IMG/VR virus record: IMGVR_UViG_2802429245_000001
Span: 1-12,360 of that record
Length of the DNA: 12,360 bases
From: a virus
Taxonomy: Duplodnaviria; Heunggongvirae; Uroviricota; Caudoviricetes
Direction: 5' to 3' (one strand)
The position numbers were made by a program, and so were the translations under genes. This document shows positions 1 through 6,892 of this stretch, in pieces. The notes under the pieces were generated by a model that saw only the letters and a program-made list of their open reading frames with translations, was not told the origin of the DNA and did not search any database. The first letter of the stretch is position 1. Each line of letters begins with the position of its first letter.

Positions 1-115
1 TACCCAACTCCAATCAATCAATGCGTTTTAATCGACAATACAAATAATATAAGACGCGTGAGATGTCGCCCGGTGATTCGCTTTCTGGTGTTTTTTCGAT
101 CTTTCCGGGTTTTAA

Positions 116-433
116 ATTCCTATCGATGAACGCCTGGAAAAACTGGAAGAAAACGTCGCGCAGTTCAGCGCGAAGAATGCCCCGAAAGATACCGGTGATA
201 ACAAGCCGGAAGGCAGCACCGGCGATCAGGGACAGGACAACGCAGAACAGAACAACAAGGACGACAAAACCTTCACGCTGACCACCGGGCAGGGCGAAAA
301 GCTGTTCTCCACAGTGAACGCCATCGCGGAGAAGGTTACCAGTATGGAAACCGCATTTGCTGAACTCAGCAAGGACGCCACGAAGCTGCCGGGCAACAAT
401 CCGGCCGGTGGCGAAACTTTTAACCTGGTGTAA
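116..433 (+). pseudogene. Capsid scaffolding protein (P2 gpO-like), C-terminal ~105 codons only; 5'-truncated with no canonical in-frame start
   Basis: The frame ending at TAA 431-433 translates to ...ERLEKLEENVAQFSAK...VTSMETAFAELSKDATKLPGNNPAGGETFNLV*, which resembles the C-terminal scaffolding region of gpO-type proteins as I recall them. In-frame stops lie at 74-76 and 113-115, and the first in-frame GTG/ATG are at 314/344. It sits immediately upstream of the capsid gene, as in P2 (O then N). Confidence 0.5.
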
Positions 434-447
434 CCGGAGAGAACGCA

Positions 448-1461
448 ATGAACATGACACCAGAAGCACAAAAGCTGGTTAATCAGTACATCAGCGAACT
501 GCAAAAAACATTCAGTGACTGCGGGAAATCAAGCGATCGTTTCTTTTCGCTGACCGAGCCACGCAGTATTGCCCTGCGTAAAGCCCTGCTGGAAAGCACA
601 GAGTTTCTGAGTTTCATCACCTGCATGGACGTTCCGCACCCGCAGGGGCAGGTCGTCACCGTGGGCGAATCCACGCTGCGCACCGGTCGCGTGAAAAGCG
701 GTCGTTTCGCTAAAGGTTCGGGCATCAAAGGCAACGAATTTAAACTCGTTGAAACTGATTCCTGCTGCGTGATCACCTGGGAACAACTCGCCATCTGGGC
801 GAATGCCGGCAGCCCGCAGGAATTTTTCAACCTGATGAACTCCGCCGCCGTCACCAACTTTGCGCTGGACATGCTGCGCATTGGCTTTAACGGTAAAGAG
901 GCTGCTGAAAACTCTGACCCGGAAAGTCACCCGAACGGCGAAGACGTCAACATCGGCTGGCATGAAATCGCCAAAAAGTGGGGAGAACAGCCCGGCAATA
1001 CCTCCCGTATTCTGACGGACGCCGTTACCCTGGGCGAAGGCGGTGATTATGTCGGCCTTGATGCCATGGCCTCAGACCTGATCCGCACTTATATCCCGGC
1101 GCAATATCACAACGATCCTCGCCTTACTGTGCTGGTTGGCGCAGACCTTGTGGCTGCTGAAGAACTACGCCTCTACAACAAAGAGGACAAGCCCACCGAA
1201 AAAGTGGCCGCACAGTTGCTGACGAAGAACATCGCAGGCCGCAAGGCCATCATTCCGCCGTTTATGCCGGGTAAGCGTATGGTGGTGACCATGCTGCCAA
1301 ACCTGCAGATCCTGACGCTGAAGGATTCCCGCCGTCGTAAAGCGGAAGATGTGGGCGATCGCAAACAGTTCGAAAACTCATACTGGCGTTACGAGGGGTA
1401 CGCCCTGGGCGATCCGGATTTATATGCTGCCGTGGATGAGTCTGCGGTCACTATCGCCTGA
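448..1461 (+). CDS. Major capsid protein, P2 gpN family
   Basis: 337-aa ORF with SD GGAGA 7 nt upstream of ATG 448. Size, position after the scaffold remnant and before the terminase endonuclease subunit, and the sequence match the P2 gpN-type major capsid protein from recall. Confidence 0.88.
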   Translation: MNMTPEAQKLVNQYISELQKTFSDCGKSSDRFFSLTEPRSIALRKALLESTEFLSFITCMDVPHPQGQVVTVGESTLRTGRVKSGRFAKGSGIKGNEFKLVETDSCCVITWEQLAIWANAGSPQEFFNLMNSAAVTNFALDMLRIGFNGKEAAENSDPESHPNGEDVNIGWHEIAKKWGEQPGNTSRILTDAVTLGEGGDYVGLDAMASDLIRTYIPAQYHNDPRLTVLVGADLVAAEELRLYNKEDKPTEKVAAQLLTKNIAGRKAIIPPFMPGKRMVVTMLPNLQILTLKDSRRRKAEDVGDRKQFENSYWRYEGYALGDPDLYAAVDESAVTIA

Positions 1462-1478
1462 TAAACGGAGCGCACGGT

Positions 1479-2189
1479 ATGCCAACGCCAATGCAGCGAC
1501 AACGTGCCCGACAGATGGATGAGCGCCGTGCGGCGCTCATGACCACAACGGACGGACGCGCCATCAGCACAGAGAGTCAGCACATTAAACTGCTGGCACT
1601 GGATAACGACATCAGACAACTGCACAACATGGAGCTGCTGTCTGACAAGCTGGAATTCAAGCGGAGCACGCTGCTGCCCCGCTGGCTGCCACACGCACAG
1701 GCTTATCTGGAGGGGGAACGCGTCTATCAGAATCCCATTCTGGTGTACTGCATCATCTGGCTGTTCGATACCGGGCAGTTTGAGATGGCGCTGCGGTGGA
1801 CTGACATTGCCATTGAGCAGGGGCAAAAGACGCCGGAGAACTTCAAAAGCGAGCTGCCAACGTTTGTGGCCCATTTCATTCTTGAATGGGCAGAAACCGA
1901 AGCTGAACGCGGGAACAGTATCGCGCCATATTTTCAGCAGGTGTTTGAAAAAATCCGTGACAAATGGCGCGTGAATGAACGCCTTGCTGCCCGCTACTGG
2001 CGCTTTGCAGGCGTCCTGCTGCTGCGCGGCGATGACGGTAAACCGCTGGCCAGTGCAATTAACGATCCGGAGAGACTGCAACAGGCCGACCAGTGTCTGG
2101 AACGGGCTGCCTGGCTGCATCCCAAAATTCAGGTGAAAACCCTGCGCCAGCGCATTGCCGCAAGACTGCGCGCGTTGCAGGGCACGTAA
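1479..2189 (+). CDS. Terminase endonuclease (small) subunit, P2 gpM-like
   Basis: 236-aa ORF with SD ACGGAG 8 nt upstream of ATG 1479, 17 nt after the capsid stop. Size and synteny (N-M-L) are as in P2-like phages. Confidence 0.8.
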   Translation: MPTPMQRQRARQMDERRAALMTTTDGRAISTESQHIKLLALDNDIRQLHNMELLSDKLEFKRSTLLPRWLPHAQAYLEGERVYQNPILVYCIIWLFDTGQFEMALRWTDIAIEQGQKTPENFKSELPTFVAHFILEWAETEAERGNSIAPYFQQVFEKIRDKWRVNERLAARYWRFAGVLLLRGDDGKPLASAINDPERLQQADQCLERAAWLHPKIQVKTLRQRIAARLRALQGT

Positions 2190-2287
2190 ACGACTCCCAA
2201 CAACCGGGCGGGCGCGGTGGAGGTGTGCCGGCAAAAGCCATCAGCACACTGCGGAAACCGGTCAGCCCGCCTTTCCCCGGAGTGAGC

Positions 2288-2782
2288 ATGTTTGACGGGA
2301 AAAGCATTCACTATCAGCAGGCCATTATTCAGAACGATGGATTCTGGCCGGATATTGATGCCGGCGATTTTGAAAAGAGCCGCAGCATCCCCGCCGTCAC
2401 GTCACACGAAACGGTGCTGACGGCGCTGCTTTGCGCGGTAACAGAGATTAACACTGAACTGGCTGCACGCCGTGAATACTGGCAGGAACAGGGCTACATC
2501 CGGGCCGCTGATATTCCGGGTTACACCGTGTTGCAACCAGAGCCGCGCAATACAGGCGCACAACCTGAACGGATGCAGAATCACATTACAGCACTGTACA
2601 CCAAGGCCGTGTATGCACGCGCAAAGGCCGATCTTTTGCCGGAATCTGCCAGCGTGGGGCGGCGCGAGGCGCAACCCTCATCAGAAGCCAGCGAGAGTCG
2701 CCGGACGTTGCTGGCTGAAGCGGCCATGGCGGTGCGGGCGCTGCTGGGCCGACCACGTGCATCCATCGCGCTGATTGATTAA
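2288..2782 (+). CDS. Head completion/stabilization protein, P2 gpL-like
   Basis: ATG 2288 is preceded by GGAG at 2279-2282. The 164-aa product contains FWPDIDAGDF, resembling the gpL-family FxPDIDP region from recall. The track ORF starts at 2093, but that extension overlaps the gpM gene and lacks an RBS. An in-frame GTG at 2225 is an alternative start. Confidence 0.75.
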   Translation: MFDGKSIHYQQAIIQNDGFWPDIDAGDFEKSRSIPAVTSHETVLTALLCAVTEINTELAARREYWQEQGYIRAADIPGYTVLQPEPRNTGAQPERMQNHITALYTKAVYARAKADLLPESASVGRREAQPSSEASESRRTLLAEAAMAVRALLGRPRASIALID

Positions 2783-2791
2783 GGAAATGGT

Positions 2792-3265
2792 ATGACGCAA
2801 CTCGCCAGCCTGACGGCATTCATTGAAAACAATCTGCCGGCACGCGCACGCATTCCGTTCACCAGTGACATGGATGACATCACGCTCGTTCCGTTTACGA
2901 AGTCGCTGGGGCACGGGCAGTTATGTACGCAGGTTCGAAAATATACGGCTTTTCTGCGATGGGACGCATGGCCCTACCGCAAACTGAATCCGGATTTGGT
3001 GTTTTCTCTGGTTGAAGCCTGGCTGGCAGACAACGGCGGCGACCTGCGCCAGCGCCTGGCACCGGATGCGCCAGCCGTTGACGTCGAAGTGGATGATGAA
3101 AATGAAGTGGCATGGCTGGAAATCAGTCTGCCGCTGGTTGATCCCATCACCCTGGTTGAGGACGAAAACGGCCCCATCCCCAGAGGCGGGAAACGTTACC
3201 AGCTGGAAAAGCCTGAAATCTGGGTGGCTCAGGCGCATCAGCTTCACTGTCAGGTGATGCCATGA
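2792..3265 (+). CDS. Putative tail completion protein (P2 gpR-like)
   Basis: 157-aa ORF with SD AAGGA upstream of ATG 2792. Size and position (after gpL, immediately before the S-like gene, stop overlapping the next start as ATGA) fit a gpR-type tail completion protein. The assignment rests mostly on synteny. Confidence 0.45.
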   Translation: MTQLASLTAFIENNLPARARIPFTSDMDDITLVPFTKSLGHGQLCTQVRKYTAFLRWDAWPYRKLNPDLVFSLVEAWLADNGGDLRQRLAPDAPAVDVEVDDENEVAWLEISLPLVDPITLVEDENGPIPRGGKRYQLEKPEIWVAQAHQLHCQVMP

Positions 3266-3975
3266 CGCGCCCCGTGATTAACGAGTCACAACTCCGGCAG
3301 GTTCGTCGCGCCATCAGAGAGGCAGAACTTCCGCCGGCAAAGGCCAGAAAGCTGTTGGTTCGCATTGCGAAATACGGCCTGATACCGGCTGCACGACGCA
3401 ATGTGAAAGCACAGCGAACACCGGAGGGGGCAGCCTGGGCACCACGAAAAAGACCGGATAAAGCCAGCGGCAGGTATAAAAACAAAATGCTGCTGGGACT
3501 GCCGAAACTGCTGGCCATCAGGGTTGATGGCAGCGGGAAAAGTGTCCGCCTTTTCTTCAAAAAAGGGGATTACAACACCGGCTCTCATGGTGGGGCGGTT
3601 GCGTGGGTGCAACAGCACGGCGCAACCATCAAAGGCCGCGCCACAAAACGCCGGGACAGCGAAGCCATGCGCACCCGTCCCGCCACACGACGGCAGGCAG
3701 AACGCCTTCTTTCTCTGGGCTTTCGCGCCCCCGTCGGCGCGGTCAGCAAAAAAACCGGACGCAGGGGATACAGAAAACCTTCCCTGAAATGGATTATGGA
3801 AAACATGAGTATGGCGCAGGCCGGGCTGGTGATCAGCATTCTGAAAGGCGAGCAGAAAAAACGTGTATGGGAAATCAAAATTCCCTCCCGCGCATTTCTG
3901 GGAGCCAGTAACGCTGAATTTGCCCGCATTCTGGAGGCGCAATTGCGCAGCCTGCATTACGGCGGCACGAGATAA
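3262..3975 (+). CDS. Phage virion morphogenesis / tail completion protein (gpS-like), extended basic form
   Basis: 237-aa ORF whose start overlaps the upstream stop (ATGA at 3262-3265). Central VAWVQQHGATIKG and C-terminal IPSRAFLG resemble conserved motifs of the virion morphogenesis family from recall. The protein is very Arg/Lys-rich. Confidence 0.55.
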   Translation: MTRPVINESQLRQVRRAIREAELPPAKARKLLVRIAKYGLIPAARRNVKAQRTPEGAAWAPRKRPDKASGRYKNKMLLGLPKLLAIRVDGSGKSVRLFFKKGDYNTGSHGGAVAWVQQHGATIKGRATKRRDSEAMRTRPATRRQAERLLSLGFRAPVGAVSKKTGRRGYRKPSLKWIMENMSMAQAGLVISILKGEQKKRVWEIKIPSRAFLGASNAEFARILEAQLRSLHYGGTR

Positions 3976-3994
3976 CAAAATCAGGAGACAAATC

Positions 3995-5143
3995 ATGACC
4001 TGGCCATCTGTCACGATCGAACAGTACAACACATTCAGCAGTTCACCGGACGGCGTGGAAAATACACTGCTGTTTGTGGGCAATGCACAAAACAACAAAG
4101 GTAAGGTTCTGCCGGTTAACGCTAACAGCGATCTGGATGAACTGCTGGGAACGAACGCCAGCCCGCTGAAGAATTTCCTTCAGTCCGCACTGACCAATGC
4201 CGGGCAGAACGCCTTTTTCTATGTTGCCGTTCTGCCGGAAGCAGGCAGGGGCAAAGAAGCGACGCCAGCCTGCCAGGCATGGCAGAACGCCATACTGGCG
4301 GCTCAGGAAACTGTTTCAGTTGAAGGCGTGGTGATCACCGAACCGGTCAGCACGAAGGATGACATCAACGCCATACAGGCGTTACGTCAGACCATCATCA
4401 ATAAATATCAGCGCCGCATCTGGTTCATTCTGACCATTGCCGCCAATAACTGCAGCAAAACCTGGGCAGATTACGTTGCTGAACTGACCACGCTACAGGA
4501 AGGCATCGCCGCCCCGCAAATCATGCTGGTTCCGGAAATTTTTGGCTTTGAACCGGGCGTTCTTGCCGGCCGTCTGTGTAACAGCGCCGTCACCATTGCT
4601 GACAGTCCGGCGCGTGTGGCAACCGGGGGCCTGTCCGCACTGAAAACCACTGAACGCCCGAAGGACAGCGCAGGGCAGGCAATTGATCTCGCCACCCTGC
4701 AGGCACTGGCAACCGCCCGCTACAGCGTGCCCATGTGGTATGCCGACTATGACGGCCTTTACTGGGCTGACGGTGTAACACTTGAAGTGGAAGGTGGGGA
4801 CTACAACGTCATTGAGCATGTCCGCATTGCTGATAAGGTGGCGCGCCGCGTGCGGCTGATAGCCATCCCCAAGATTGCAGATCGCTCGCTGAACAGCACG
4901 CCGGGTAGCATTGCCGCACATGAAACGCTGTTTGCCCGCCCACTGCGTGCCATGGCGAAATCCACGCAAATTAACGGCATCACATTTCCGGGAGAAGTGA
5001 AATCGCCCCGGAAAGGCGACGTGGTTATCACCTGGCAGGACGAAAAGACGGTCAGCATCAGCATTGTCGTCCGCCCTTACGCCTGCCCTAAAACCATCAA
5101 AGTGGGCATTCAGCTGGATAAATCTCTGGAGGAAAACGCATGA
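3995..5143 (+). CDS. Putative contractile tail sheath protein (DUF2586-like family, non-P2 type)
   Basis: 382-aa product with SD AGGAG 7 nt upstream of ATG 3995. It sits in the canonical myovirus order sheath - tube - chaperone - tape measure. The track ORF start at 3863 overlaps the previous gene and is rejected. No clear similarity to P2 FI from recall. Confidence 0.55.
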   Translation: MTWPSVTIEQYNTFSSSPDGVENTLLFVGNAQNNKGKVLPVNANSDLDELLGTNASPLKNFLQSALTNAGQNAFFYVAVLPEAGRGKEATPACQAWQNAILAAQETVSVEGVVITEPVSTKDDINAIQALRQTIINKYQRRIWFILTIAANNCSKTWADYVAELTTLQEGIAAPQIMLVPEIFGFEPGVLAGRLCNSAVTIADSPARVATGGLSALKTTERPKDSAGQAIDLATLQALATARYSVPMWYADYDGLYWADGVTLEVEGGDYNVIEHVRIADKVARRVRLIAIPKIADRSLNSTPGSIAAHETLFARPLRAMAKSTQINGITFPGEVKSPRKGDVVITWQDEKTVSISIVVRPYACPKTIKVGIQLDKSLEENA

Positions 5144-5595
5144 CGACCCGCATTAACGGCATGGCGTTTGACACTTTTATCGGTGGAACGGATATCCATG
5201 TGAAAAGCATCTCACTGGACATCAGCGATGAAAGCGCCGTTGCCAAAACCCGTGGCATCCCTGACGGCAAACTGCGCGGCCCTGTCAGTGCCGAAGGTGA
5301 AATCGAAATGAGTACCCGCAGCTTTAACCAGCTCGGGGAAGTGGCTGCTCAGGCGGGATCGTGGCGTGACCTGCCGCCAATGGATTTTGTGTTTTACGCC
5401 AATACGGGAACCGAAGAAATCCGCGTTGAAGCCTTCGGTTGTGAGCTGATGCTTTCCGGCCTGTTAAGCATTGACACCGAGAGCGCAGATCTGACCACGC
5501 ACAAAATCAAGTACGTGGTGGCAAGCCCTGACTTTGTGCGTATCAACGGCGTGCCCGTTCTCTCAGAGAACGACGTGCGCGGACTGATGGGGTGA
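5140..5595 (+). CDS. Putative tail tube protein (DUF2597-like)
   Basis: 151-aa ORF whose start overlaps the sheath stop (ATGA at 5140-5143), with GGAGGA upstream. Size and position between sheath and the chaperone/tape measure genes fit a tube protein. Confidence 0.5.
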   Translation: MTTRINGMAFDTFIGGTDIHVKSISLDISDESAVAKTRGIPDGKLRGPVSAEGEIEMSTRSFNQLGEVAAQAGSWRDLPPMDFVFYANTGTEEIRVEAFGCELMLSGLLSIDTESADLTTHKIKYVVASPDFVRINGVPVLSENDVRGLMG

Positions 5596-5598
5596 ACC

Positions 5599-5895
5599 AT
5601 GCAGGAGCATGAGCGCACCATTATCACTCTGGGCATTCTGGGCGGAATCGCTGCCGCAAGTCGGGTGCTGGCTGGCGCAGAGCCGATTACGTTGCGGTTG
5701 TTTGTGGGCCGAACCCTGCTGGGGAGCGCGCTGGGTGTTTCTGCCGCTGCCCTGCTGGTTCGCTACCCGAATCTTGACCCACTGGCCATTGCCGGCGCAG
5801 GCACCGCAATGGGCGTTGCCGGTTACCAGATTGTTGAAATCTTCCTGCGTCATATGCGCCGGAAGCTGGACGAGAAAGAGAACAAAGAGGAGTAA
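5599..5895 (+). CDS. Holin (3 predicted transmembrane segments, charged C-terminus)
   Basis: 98 aa with three hydrophobic stretches (TIITLGILGGIAAASRVLAG, LRLFVGRTLLGSALGVSAAALLV, LAIAGAGTAMGVAGYQIVEIFL) and a highly charged tail (RHMRRKLDEKENKEE). SD GGGGTGA is upstream of ATG 5599 and the gene lies just upstream of the endolysin. Confidence 0.65.
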   Translation: MQEHERTIITLGILGGIAAASRVLAGAEPITLRLFVGRTLLGSALGVSAAALLVRYPNLDPLAIAGAGTAMGVAGYQIVEIFLRHMRRKLDEKENKEE

Positions 5896-5900
5896 CCGCA

Positions 5901-6008
5901 ATGTTGTCCCGCAGGGAACAAAAAGCCGCTGCCATTGCCTGGAAAATTATCCGGGCACTGTGGTACTGGCTGCGCAAACCTCAGCAACCTCATAAGGAGC
6001 AAAAATGA
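5901..6008 (+). CDS. Small basic amphipathic peptide (35 aa), hypothetical; between holin and endolysin
   Basis: ATG 5901 is preceded by a strong SD, AGAGGAG, with an 8-nt spacer. Translation is MLSRREQKAAAIAWKIIRALWYWLRKPQQPHKEQK. The stop TGA 6006-6008 overlaps the endolysin start ATG 6005-6007. It is below the size cutoff of the ORF track. Confidence 0.35.
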   Translation: MLSRREQKAAAIAWKIIRALWYWLRKPQQPHKEQK

Positions 6009-6346
6009 AACTCTCCGATAAGCAACAACAATTTACCGTCATGATCGGAAAACTCATCCAGTTTGCCCATCAGCGCGGTTATGGCCTGACGTTCGGTGAG
6101 GCGTACCGCACGCCAGAACAGGCAAAACTCAACGCACAAAAGGGATCCGGCATTGCCAACAGCCTGCACTGCCAGCGGCTGGCCGTGGATTTTAATCTGT
6201 TTATTAACGGTGAATATCAGACCCGCACAGAGGCCTACCGCGAGCTGGGCGAGTACTGGGAATCCCTTGGTGGCGCATGGGGCGGTCGTTTTAAAAACCG
6301 CCCGGATGGCAATCATTTCAGCCTTGAGCACGACGGCGTGCGCTGA
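6005..6346 (+). CDS. Endolysin, peptidase M15 (LAS-type zinc metallopeptidase, probable L-alanyl-D-glutamate endopeptidase)
   Basis: 113 aa with a perfect SD AAGGAG 4 nt upstream of ATG 6005. Metal-binding motifs SLHCQRLAVDF (H-x6-D) and DGNHFSLEHDG resemble T5-type M15 endolysins from recall. No signal peptide or SAR segment. Confidence 0.82.
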   Translation: MKLSDKQQQFTVMIGKLIQFAHQRGYGLTFGEAYRTPEQAKLNAQKGSGIANSLHCQRLAVDFNLFINGEYQTRTEAYRELGEYWESLGGAWGGRFKNRPDGNHFSLEHDGVR

Positions 6347-6353
6347 TTTTACG

Positions 6354-6383
6354 CTTAATAAGCCTTCCTGCAGGCTTATTAAG
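6354..6383 (+). terminator. Stem-loop (11-12 bp stem) immediately after the endolysin stop; possible attenuator or terminator without a strong U-tract
   Basis: CTTAATAAGCC (6354-6364) pairs with GGCTTATTAAG (6373-6383), and the loop region contains the palindrome CCTGCAGG. It is followed by CCCTCTTATTCTTGAC rather than a clean T-run. Confidence 0.3.
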
Positions 6384-6410
6384 CCCTCTTATTCTTGACT
6401 TTAAAAGGAA

Positions 6411-6704
6411 ATGATGATGAACGATAAAAACACCCAGACTACCGCAGAGAACACCATCACTTTACAGGTCGGCGAGCATGAACTGACGTTTATCCCGACC
6501 GTAAAAGCCTACAACGACCTGCAGAACGACTTCATGCCGGATAACAAAATCGCGCCGCTGAAAAACTACCTGCGCCGTATCGTGATTAAAGAGCACCGCG
6601 ATCTGCTGAACCAGCTGCTGGAAAAACCAGGAATGCCGGCCAGCCTGGCAACAGCCGTGAATAACGAGTTTGTGCCGGAAGTGGAAATCACCGTAAAAAA
6701 ATAA
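6411..6704 (+). CDS. Tail assembly chaperone (P2 gpE-like / lambda gpG analogue)
   Basis: 97-aa ORF directly upstream of the tape measure gene, ending ...EITVKK* at a run of A residues. Three tandem ATGs lie at 6411/6414/6417 and the AAAGGA SD favours the second or third. Confidence 0.7.
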   Translation: MMMNDKNTQTTAENTITLQVGEHELTFIPTVKAYNDLQNDFMPDNKIAPLKNYLRRIVIKEHRDLLNQLLEKPGMPASLATAVNNEFVPEVEITVKK

Positions 6705-6892
6705 AAAGCCATCTGGGAGCCATTGATCGCAATGACCTTACCCGGATGCTGATTCTGCGCCGCCACTGGCTGCCCGGCGAGGATGACTCGCCGCAGTCAC
6801 TGGCTGCCGCCGTCTGGCTGGATAACCACTACTGGGAAAATATGAGCATCGCCGTCAATAACGGCATTATCCGTGCTTTTAAGGGATCGTAA
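6411..6892 (+). CDS. Tail assembly chaperone, -1 frameshift-extended isoform (gpE+E' / G-T analogue), predicted ~160 aa
   Basis: The -1 frame is open from the slippery site to TAA 6890-6892, which overlaps the tape measure ATG (TAATG). The extension reads IKSHLGAIDRNDLTRMLILRRHWLPGEDDSPQSLAAAVWLDNHYWENMSIAVNNGIIRAFKGS. Recoding at this position is conserved in the chaperones of long-tailed phages. Confidence 0.55.
6695..6701 (+). other. Candidate -1 programmed ribosomal frameshift slippery heptamer A_AAA_AAA, followed immediately by the zero-frame stop TAA
   Basis: Zero-frame codons are GTA AAA AAA TAA. The heptamer AAAAAAA at 6695-6701 allows both lysyl-tRNAs to re-pair in the -1 frame, after which the reading frame continues ATA AAA AGC and onward. 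Confidence 0.5.

Noticed and set aside
1-120. Possible IS terminal repeat, tRNA 3' end (att site) or P2 Ogr-type late promoter (TGT-N12-ACA) in the AT-rich leader
   Set aside because: I did not find a TGT-N12-ACA dyad, a recognisable IS end, or a tRNA-like sequence by eye. A tool-based search (tRNAscan, ISfinder) would be needed before making any call.
63-281. 72-aa plus-strand ORF (MSPGDSLSG...)
   Set aside because: It is in a different frame from the scaffold-homologous reading frame and is Arg/Ser/Thr-rich low-complexity sequence. The gpO-like frame (116-433) explains this region better.
14-469. 151-aa minus-strand ORF at the window start
   Set aside because: It lies antisense to the scaffold remnant and capsid gene start, is Arg/Leu-rich with low complexity, and has no plausible RBS. 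It is a typical spurious ORF on the opposite strand of GC-rich coding sequence.
1389-2234. 281-aa minus-strand ORF
   Set aside because: It is entirely antisense to the well-supported terminase endonuclease subunit gene and has no independent signal.
2093-2287. N-terminal extension of the head completion ORF from ATG 2093
   Set aside because: The extension overlaps the 3' end of the terminase subunit gene in another frame and has no SD. ATG 2288 has GGAG at proper spacing and gives a product of the expected family size.
3863-3994. Upstream in-frame start (ATG 3863) for the sheath ORF
   Set aside because: It would overlap the S-like gene by more than 100 nt. ATG 3995 has an AGGAG SD at 7-nt spacing.
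3286-4098. 270-aa minus-strand ORF
   Set aside because: It is antisense to the S-like and sheath genes and is a GC-driven artefact.
6096-6398. 100-aa out-of-frame ORF embedded in the endolysin gene, considered as an Rz1-like embedded o-spanin
   Set aside because: It has no N-terminal hydrophobic signal peptide and no canonical lipobox (L-[AS]-[GA]-C), and the internal Met at 6306 has no RBS. It is most likely a frame artefact.
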